Under the pieces are notes generated by a model that saw only the letters and a list, made by a program, of their open reading frames with translations, had not been told where the DNA came from and did no database searches. Shown here piece after piece: positions 1 to 8,298 of a stretch of DNA of 9,812 bases (its first letter is position 1; every line of letters begins with the position of its first letter). The stretch lies in contig CBFFRP010000508.1 of NCBI GenBank assembly GCA_965644295.1, positions 1 through 9,812 of the forward strand, given 5' to 3'. A program made the translations under genes and the position numbers. This DNA comes from Paraphysomonas bandaiensis (taxonomy: Eukaryota; Protista; Chrysophyceae).

Positions 1-39
1 ATCATCAGCAAAGGAGCAGATATCACTATAGGAGACAGA
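1..39 (+). CDS. ANK exon 1 (partial) IISKGADITIGDR
   Basis: Followed by GTAAGT at 40-45; same 3' end as exon 10. Confidence 0.85.
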
Positions 40-3000
40 GTAAGTAACCCCCCTATACATACATATACAGTGATATACATACATATACAGTGATATACAT
101 GCATATACAGTGATATACATACATATACAATGATATACATACATATACAGTGATATACATACATATACAGTGATATACATACATATACAGTGATATACGT
201 ACATATACAGTGATATACATACATATACAGTGCTAAGAGGGCTCATGTGATGTCATTGTTATTGTTTTATAGGATGGTTGGACAGCTCTTCACTATGCTG
301 CTCGTAAAGGTCACAGAGATACATGTGAATATCTCATCAGCAAAGGAGCAGATATCACTATAAGAGACACTGTAAGTAACCCCCCTATACATACATATAC
401 AGTGATATACATGCATATACAGTGATATACATACATATACAGTGATATACATACATATACAGTGATATACATACATACATACATATACAGTGATATACAT
501 GCATATACAGTGCTAAGAGGGCTCATGTGATGTCATTGTTGTTGGTTTATAGAGGGGTTCTACAGCTCTTCTCTTGGCTGCCTCTGGAGGTCACAGAGAT
601 ACATGTGAATACCTCATCAGCAAAGGAGCAGATATCACTATAGGAGGCAGAGTAAGTAACCCCCTATACATACATATACAGTGATATACATACATATACA
701 GTGATATACATACATATACAGTGATATACATACATATACAGTGCTAAGAGGGCTCATGTGATGTCATTGTTGTTGGTTTATAGAGGGGTTCTACAGCTCT
801 TCACTTGGCTGCCTCTGGAGGTCACAGAGATACATGTGAATATCTCATCAGCAAAGGAGCAGATATCACTATAGGAGGCAGAGTAAGTAACCCCCCTATA
901 CATACATATACAGTGATATACATACATATACAGTGATATACATACATATACAGTGATATACATGCATATACAGTGCTAAGAGGGCTCATGTGATGTCATT
1001 GTTATTGTTTTATAGGATGGTTGGACAGCTCTTCACTATGCTGCTCGTAAAGGTCACAGAGATACATGTGAATATCTCATCAGCGAAGGAGCAGATATCA
1101 CTATAAGAGGCAGAGTAAGTAACCCCCCTATACATACATATACAGTGATATACATGCATATACAGTGATATACATACATATACAGTGATATACATGCATA
1201 TACAGTGATATACATACATATACAGTGATATACATACATATACAGTGATATACATACATATACAGTGATATACGTACATATACAGTGATATACATACATA
1301 TACAGTGCTAAGATATTTTTTATAGGATGGTTCTACAGCTCTTCACGAGGCTGCCTCTGGAGGTCACAGAGATACATGTGAATATCTCATCAGCGAAGGA
1401 GCAGATATCACTATAAGAGACGATGTAAGTAACCCCTCTATACATACATATACAGTGATATACATACATATACAGTGATATACATACATATACAGTGATA
1501 TACATGCATATACAGTGATATACATACATATACAGTGATATACATACATATACAGTGATATACATACATATACAGTGATATACGTACATATACAGTGATA
1601 TACATACATATACAGTGCTAAGAGGGCTCATGTGATGTCATTGTTATTGTTTTATAGGATGGTTGGACAGCTCTTCACTATGCTGCTCGTAAAGGTCACA
1701 GAGATACATGTGAATATCTCATCAGCAAAGGAGCAGATATCACTATAAGAGACACTGTAAGTAACCCCCCTATACATACATATACAGTGATATACATACA
1801 TATACAGTGCTAAGATATTTTTTATAGGATGGTTCTACAGCTCTTCACGAGGCTGCCTCTGGAGGTCACAGAGATACATGTGAATATCTCATCAGCGAAG
1901 GAGCAGATATCACTATAAGAGACGATGTAAGTAACCCCTCCATACATACATATACAGTGATATACATACATATACAGTGATATACATACATATACAGTGA
2001 TATACATGCATATACAGTGATATACATACATATACAGTGCTAAGATATTTTTTATAGGATGGTTCTACAGCTCTTCACTATGCTGCCTCTGGAGGTCACA
2101 GAGATACATGTGAATATCTCATCAGCGAAGGAGCAGATATCACTATAAGAACCAATGTAAGTAACCCCCCTATACATACATATACAGTGATATACATGCA
2201 TATACAGTGCTAAGAGGGCTCATGTGATGTTATTGTTGTTGTTTTATAGGATGGTTCTACAGCTCTTCACAAGGCTGCCTCTGGAGGTCACAGAGATACA
2301 TGTGAATATCTCATCAGCAAAGGAGCAGATATCACTATAGGAGACAGAGTAAGTAACCCCCCTATACATACATATACAGTGATATACATACATATACAGT
2401 GATATACATGCATATACAGTGATATACATACATATACAATGATATACATACATATACAGTGATATACATACATATACAGTGATATACATACATATACAGT
2501 GATATACGTACATATACAGTGATATACATACATATACAGTGCTAAGAGGGCTCATGTGATGTCATTGTTATTGTTTTATAGGATGGTTGGACAGCTCTTC
2601 ACTATGCTGCTCGTAAAGGTCACAGAGATACATGTGAATATCTCATCAGCAAAGGAGCAGATATCACTATAAGAGACACTGTAAGTAACCCCCCTATACA
2701 TACATATACAGTGATATACATGCATATACAGTGATATACATACATATACAGTGATATACATACATATACAGTGATATACATACATACATACATATACAGT
2801 GATATACATGCATATACAGTGCTAAGAGGGCTCATGTGATGTCATTGTTGTTGGTTTATAGAGGGGTTCTACAGCTCTTCTCTTGGCTGCCTCTGGAGGT
2901 CACAGAGATACATGTGAATACCTCATCAGCAAAGGAGCAGATATCACTATAGGAGGCAGAGTAAGTAACCCCCCTATACATACATATACAGTGATATACA

Positions 3001-6000
3001 TACATATACAGTGATATACATACATATACAGTGATATACATACATATACAGTGCTAAGAGGGCTCATGTGATGTCATTGTTGTTGGTTTATAGAGGGGTT
3101 CTACAGCTCTTCACTTGGCTGCCTCTGGAGGTCACAGAGATACATGTGAATATCTCATCAGCAAAGGAGCAGATATCACTATAGGAGGCAGAGTAAGTAA
3201 CCCCCCTATACATACATATACAGTGATATACATACATATACAGTGATATACATACATATACAGTGATATACATGCATATACAGTGCTAAGAGGGCTCATG
3301 TGATGTCATTGTTATTGTTTTATAGGATGGTTGGACAGCTCTTCACTATGCTGCTCGTAAAGGTCACAGAGATACATGTGAATATCTCATCAGCGAAGGA
3401 GCAGATATCACTATAAGAGGCAGAGTAAGTAACCCCCCTATACATACATATACAGTGATATACATGCATATACAGTGATATACATACATATACAGTGATA
3501 TACATGCATATACAGTGATATACATACATATACAGTGATATACATACATATACAGTGATATACATACATATACAGTGATATACATACATATACAGTGCTA
3601 AGATATTTTTTATAGGATGGTTCTACAGGTCTTCACGAGGCTGCCTCTGGAGGTCACAGAGATACATGTGAATATCTCATCAGCGAAGGAGCAGATATCA
3701 CTATAAGAGACGATGTAAGTAACCCCTCTATACATACATATACAGTGATATACATACATATACAGTAATATACATACATATACAGTGATATACATGCATA
3801 TACAGTGATATACATACATATACAGTGCTAAGATATTTTTTATAGGATGGTTCTACAGCTCTTCACTATGCTGCCTCTGGAGGTCACAGAGATACATGTG
3901 AATATCTCATCAGCGAAGGAGCAGATATCACTATAAGAACCAATGTAAGTAACCCCCCTATACATACATATACAGTGATATACATGCATATACAGTGCTA
4001 AGAGGGCTCATGTGATGTTATTGTTGTTGTTTTATAGGATGGTTCTACAGCTCTTCACAAGGCTGCCTCTAATGGTCACAGAGATACATGTGAATATCTC
4101 ATCAGCGAAGGAGCAGATATCACTATAAGAGACGATGTAAGTAACCCCTCTATACATACATATACAGTGATATACATACATATACAGTGATATACGTACA
4201 TATACAGTGATATACATACATATACAGTGCTAAGAGGGCTCATGTGATGTCATTGTTATTGTTTTATAGGATGGTTGGACAGCTCTTCACTATGCTGCTC
4301 GTAAAGGTCACAGAGATACATGTGAATATCTCATCAGCAAAGGAGCAGATATCACTATAAGAGACACTGTAAGTAACCCCCCTATACGTACATATACAGT
4401 GATATACATACATATACAGTGATATACATACATATACAGTGATATACATACATATACAGTGATATACATACATATACAGTGATATACATACATATACAGT
4501 TATATACATACATATACAGTGCTAAGAAGGCTCATGTGATGTTATTGTTGTTGTTTTATAGGATGGTTCTACAGCTCTTCGCAAAGCTGCCTCTAATGGT
4601 CACAGAGATACATGTGAATATCTCATCAGCGAAGGAGCAGATATCACTATAGGAGACAATGTAAGTAACCCCCCTATACATGCATATACAGTGATATACA
4701 TACATATACAGTGATATACATACATATACAGTGATATACATGCATATACAGTGATATACATACATATACAGTGCTAAGATATTTTTTATAGGATGGTTCT
4801 ACAGGTCTTCACGAGGCTGCCTCTGGAGGTCACAGAGATACATGTGAATATCTCATCAGCGAAGGAGCAGATATCACTATAAGAGACGATGTAAGTAACC
4901 CCTCTATACATACATATACAGTGATATACATACATATACAGTGATATACATACATATACAGTAATATACATACATATACAGTGATATACATGCATATACA
5001 GTGATATACATACATATACAGTGCTAAGATATTTTTTATAGGATGGTTCTACAGCTCTTCACTATGCTGCCTCTGGAGGTCACAGAGATACATGTGAATA
5101 TCTCATCAGCGAAGGAGCAGATATCACTATAAGAGACACTGTAAGTAACCCCCCTATACATACATATACAGTGATATACATACATATACAGTGATATACA
5201 TACATATACATTGATATACATACATATACAGTGATATACATACATATACAGTGATATACATACATATACAGTGATATACATACATATACAGTAATATACA
5301 TACATATACAGTGATATACATGCATATACAGTGATATACATACATATACAGTGCTAAGATATTTTTTATAGGATGGTTCTACAGCTCTTCACTATGCTGC
5401 CTCTGGAGGTCACAGAGATACATGTGAATATCTCATCAGCGAAGGAGCAGATATCACTATAAGAGACACTGTAAGTAACCCCCCTATACATACATATACA
5501 GTGATATACATACATATACAGTGATATACATACATATACATTGATATACATACATATACAGTGATATACATACATATACAGTGATATACATACATATACA
5601 GTGATATACATACATATACAGTGATATACATACATATACAGTGATATACGTACATATACAGTGATATACATACATATACAGTGCTAAGAGGGCTCATGTG
5701 ATGTCATTGTTATTGTTTTATAGGATGGTTCTACAGCTCTTCACGAGGCTGCCTCTAATGGTCACAGAGATACATGTGAATATCTCATCAGCGAAGGAGC
5801 AGATATCACTATAAGAGACGATGTAAGTAACCCCTCTATACATACATATACAGTGATATACATACATATACAGTGATATACATACATATACAGTGATATA
5901 CATGCATATACAGTGATATACATACATATACAATGATATACATACATATACAGTGATATACATACATATACAGTGATATACATACATATACAGTGATATA

Positions 6001-8298
6001 CGTACATATACAGTGATATACATACATATACAGTGCTAAGAGGGCTCATGTGATGTCATTGTTATTGTTTTATAGGATGGTTGGACAGCTCTTCACTATG
6101 CTGCTCGTAAAGGTCACAGAGATACATGTGAATATCTCATCAGCAAAGGAGCAGATATCACTATAAGAGACACTGTAAGTAACCCCCCTATACATACATA
6201 TACAGTGATATACATGCATATACAGTGATATACATGCATATACAGTGATATACATACATATACAGTGATATACATGCATATACAGTGATATACATACATA
6301 TACAGTGATATACATACATATACAGTGCTAAGAGGGCTCATGTGATGTTATTGTTGTTGTTTTATAGGATGGTTCTACAGCTCTTCGCAAGGCTGCCTCT
6401 AATGGTCACAGAGATACATGTGAATATCTCATCAGCGAAGGAGCAGATATCACTATAGGAGACAATGTAAGTAACCCCCCTATACATGCATATACAGTGA
6501 TATACATACATATACAGTGATATACATACATATACAGTGATATACGTACATATACAGTGATATACATACATATACAGTGCTAAGATATTTTTTATAGGAT
6601 GGTTCTACAGCTCTTCACGAGGCTGCCTCTGGAGGTCACAGAGATACATGTGAATATCTCATCAGCGAAGGAGCAGATATCACTATAGGAGACGATGTAA
6701 GTAACCCCTCTATACATACATATACAGTGATATACATGCATATACAGTGATATACATACATATACAGTGCTAAGATATTTTGTATAGGATGGTTCTACAG
6801 CTCTTCACTATGCTGCCTCTGGAGGTCACAGAGATACCTGTGAATATCTCATCAGCGAAGGAGCAGATATCACTATAAGAGACACTGTAAGTAACCCCCC
6901 TATACATACATATACAGTGATATACATACATATACAGTGCTCAGAGGGCTCATGTGATGTCATTGTTATTGTTTTATAGGATGGTTGGACAGCTCTTCAC
7001 TATGCTGCTCGTAAAGGTCACAGAGATACATGTGAATATCTCATCAGCAAAGGAGCAGATATCACTATAAGAGACACTGTAAGTAACCCCCCTATACATA
7101 CATATACAGTGATATACATACATATACAGTGCTAAGAGGGCTCATGTGATGTCATTGGTGTTGTTTTATAGGATGGTTCTACAGCTCTTCACTATGCTGC
7201 CTATAATGGTCACAGAGATACATGTGAATATCTCATCAGCGAAGGAGCAGATATCACTATAAGAGACACTGTAAGTAACCCCCCTATACATACATATACA
7301 GTGATATACATACTTATACAGTGATATACATACATATACAGTGATATACATACATATACAGTGATATACATACATATACAGTGCTAAGAGGGCTCATGTG
7401 ATGTCATTGTTGTTGTTTTATAGGATGGTTGGACAGCTCTTCACTATGCTGCTCGTAAAGGTCACAGAGATACATGTGAATATCTCATCAGCAAAGGAGC
7501 AGATATCACTATAAGAACCAATGTAAGTAACCCCCCTATACATACATATACAGTGATATACATACATATACAGTGCTAAGAGGGCTCATGTGATGTTATT
7601 GTTGTTGTTTTATAGGATGGTTCTACAGCTCTTCACTATGCTGCCTATAATGGTCACAGAGATACATGTGAATATCTCATCAGCGAAGGAGCAGATATCA
7701 CTATAAGAGGCAGAGTAAGTAACCCCCCTATACATACATATACAGTGATATACATACTTATACAGTGATATACATACATATACAGTGATATACATACATA
7801 TACAGTGATATACATACATATACAGTGATATACATACATATACAGTGATATACATACATATACAGTGCTAAGAGGGCTCATGTGATGTTATTGTTGTTGT
7901 TTTATAGGATGGTTGGACAGCTCTTCACAAGGCTGCCTCTGGAGGTCACAGAGATACATGTGAATATCTCATCAGCAAAGGAGCAGATCTCACTATAAGA
8001 AACAATGTAAGTAACCCCCCTATACATACATATACAGTGATATACATACATATACAGTGATATACATACATATACAGTGATATACATACATATACAGTGA
8101 TATACATACATATACAGTGATATACATACATATACAGTGATATACATACATATACAGTGCTAAGAGGGCTCATGTGATGTTATTGTTGTTGTTTTATAGG
8201 ATGGTTCTACAGCTCTTCACAAGGCTGCCTCTGGAGGTCACAGAGATACATGTGAATATCTCATCAGCAAAGGAGCAGATGTCACTATAAGAAACAAT
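1..8298 (+). CDS. Multi-exon ankyrin-repeat protein gene (partial, 5' end outside window; 33 exons, one ANK repeat per 99-bp exon; about 1069 aa visible)
   Basis: Every satellite unit holds a 99-bp segment between a T-rich TATAG acceptor and a GTAAGT donor. Manual translation gives G-x-TALH-x-AA-xx-GH...YLIS-x-GAD, the canonical ankyrin consensus (GxTPLHxAAxxGHxxxVxxLLxxGADxN). No stop or frameshift in any of the 32 complete exons, whereas intron lengths vary freely. Confidence 0.93.
273..371 (+). CDS. ANK exon 2 DGWTALHYAARKGHRDTCEYLISKGADITIRDT
   Basis: AG at 271-272, GTAAGT at 372; 99 bp. Confidence 0.9.
553..651 (+). CDS. ANK exon 3 RGSTALLLAASGGHRDTCEYLISKGADITIGGR
   Basis: AG/GT bounded, 99 bp. 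Confidence 0.9.
784..882 (+). CDS. ANK exon 4 RGSTALHLAASGGHRDTCEYLISKGADITIGGR
   Basis: AG/GT bounded, 99 bp. Confidence 0.9.
1016..1114 (+). CDS. ANK exon 5 DGWTALHYAARKGHRDTCEYLISEGADITIRGR
   Basis: AG/GT bounded, 99 bp. Confidence 0.9.
1326..1424 (+). CDS. ANK exon 6 DGSTALHEAASGGHRDTCEYLISEGADITIRDD
   Basis: AG/GT bounded, 99 bp. Confidence 0.9.
1658..1756 (+). CDS. ANK exon 7 DGWTALHYAARKGHRDTCEYLISKGADITIRDT
   Basis: AG/GT bounded, 99 bp. Confidence 0.9.
1828..1926 (+). CDS. ANK exon 8 DGSTALHEAASGGHRDTCEYLISEGADITIRDD
   Basis: AG/GT bounded, 99 bp. Confidence 0.9.
2058..2156 (+). CDS. ANK exon 9 DGSTALHYAASGGHRDTCEYLISEGADITIRTN
   Basis: AG/GT bounded, 99 bp. Confidence 0.9.
2250..2348 (+). 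CDS. ANK exon 10 DGSTALHKAASGGHRDTCEYLISKGADITIGDR
   Basis: AG/GT bounded, 99 bp. Confidence 0.9.
2582..2680 (+). CDS. ANK exon 11 DGWTALHYAARKGHRDTCEYLISKGADITIRDT
   Basis: AG/GT bounded, 99 bp. Confidence 0.9.
2862..2960 (+). CDS. ANK exon 12 RGSTALLLAASGGHRDTCEYLISKGADITIGGR
   Basis: AG/GT bounded, 99 bp. Confidence 0.9.
3094..3192 (+). CDS. ANK exon 13 RGSTALHLAASGGHRDTCEYLISKGADITIGGR
   Basis: AG/GT bounded, 99 bp. Confidence 0.9.
3326..3424 (+). CDS. ANK exon 14 DGWTALHYAARKGHRDTCEYLISEGADITIRGR
   Basis: AG/GT bounded, 99 bp. Confidence 0.9.
3616..3714 (+). CDS. ANK exon 15 DGSTGLHEAASGGHRDTCEYLISEGADITIRDD
   Basis: AG/GT bounded, 99 bp. Confidence 0.9.
3846..3944 (+). CDS. ANK exon 16 DGSTALHYAASGGHRDTCEYLISEGADITIRTN
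   Basis: AG/GT bounded, 99 bp. Confidence 0.9.
4038..4136 (+). CDS. ANK exon 17 DGSTALHKAASNGHRDTCEYLISEGADITIRDD
   Basis: AG/GT bounded, 99 bp. Confidence 0.9.
4270..4368 (+). CDS. ANK exon 18 DGWTALHYAARKGHRDTCEYLISKGADITIRDT
   Basis: AG/GT bounded, 99 bp. Confidence 0.9.
4562..4660 (+). CDS. ANK exon 19 DGSTALRKAASNGHRDTCEYLISEGADITIGDN
   Basis: AG/GT bounded, 99 bp. Confidence 0.9.
4792..4890 (+). CDS. ANK exon 20 DGSTGLHEAASGGHRDTCEYLISEGADITIRDD
   Basis: AG/GT bounded, 99 bp. Confidence 0.9.
5042..5140 (+). CDS. ANK exon 21 DGSTALHYAASGGHRDTCEYLISEGADITIRDT
   Basis: AG/GT bounded, 99 bp. Confidence 0.9.
5372..5470 (+). CDS. ANK exon 22 DGSTALHYAASGGHRDTCEYLISEGADITIRDT
   Basis: AG/GT bounded, 99 bp. 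Confidence 0.9.
5724..5822 (+). CDS. ANK exon 23 DGSTALHEAASNGHRDTCEYLISEGADITIRDD
   Basis: AG/GT bounded, 99 bp. Confidence 0.9.
6076..6174 (+). CDS. ANK exon 24 DGWTALHYAARKGHRDTCEYLISKGADITIRDT
   Basis: AG/GT bounded, 99 bp. Confidence 0.9.
6368..6466 (+). CDS. ANK exon 25 DGSTALRKAASNGHRDTCEYLISEGADITIGDN
   Basis: AG/GT bounded, 99 bp. Confidence 0.9.
6598..6696 (+). CDS. ANK exon 26 DGSTALHEAASGGHRDTCEYLISEGADITIGDD
   Basis: AG/GT bounded, 99 bp. Confidence 0.9.
6788..6886 (+). CDS. ANK exon 27 DGSTALHYAASGGHRDTCEYLISEGADITIRDT
   Basis: AG/GT bounded, 99 bp; synonymous ACA>ACC at codon 17; variant acceptor TTTTGTATAG. Confidence 0.9.
6980..7078 (+). CDS. ANK exon 28 DGWTALHYAARKGHRDTCEYLISKGADITIRDT
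   Basis: AG/GT bounded, 99 bp. Confidence 0.9.
7172..7270 (+). CDS. ANK exon 29 DGSTALHYAAYNGHRDTCEYLISEGADITIRDT
   Basis: AG/GT bounded, 99 bp. Confidence 0.9.
7424..7522 (+). CDS. ANK exon 30 DGWTALHYAARKGHRDTCEYLISKGADITIRTN
   Basis: AG/GT bounded, 99 bp. Confidence 0.9.
7616..7714 (+). CDS. ANK exon 31 DGSTALHYAAYNGHRDTCEYLISEGADITIRGR
   Basis: AG/GT bounded, 99 bp. Confidence 0.9.
7908..8006 (+). CDS. ANK exon 32 DGWTALHKAASGGHRDTCEYLISKGADLTIRNN
   Basis: AG/GT bounded, 99 bp. Confidence 0.9.
8200..8298 (+). CDS. ANK exon 33 (last visible) DGSTALHKAASGGHRDTCEYLISKGADVTIRNN
   Basis: AG/GT bounded, 99 bp; donor at 8299 has no recognisable downstream exon in the window. Confidence 0.88.

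Noticed and set aside
1-3. First codon ATC (Ile) where all other exons have CTC (Leu)
   Set aside because: Single base at the window edge; its duplicate, exon 10, has CTC, so it cannot be trusted as a real variant.
652-783. 132-bp intron deviating from the 53+20n rule
   Set aside because: One C is missing from the C6 run relative to the duplicate copy at 2961-3093; probably a homopolymer error or trivial intronic slip.
267-8173. Dozens of minus-strand ORFs (MYITVYVCISLYMYVYHCIC...)
   Set aside because: They are translations of the reverse-complemented 20-bp minisatellite plus the antisense of the ANK exons. They are low complexity, occur in several frames, and vary with VNTR number. The + strand spliced frame explains the conservation pattern.
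1-8298. Assignment to a named gene (ANK1/2/3 or an ANKRD) or to a taxon
   Set aside because: Canonical ankyrins have divergent repeats, whereas these are near-identical. No other domain is visible and TTAGGG is taxonomically widespread, so no symbol or organism is supportable.
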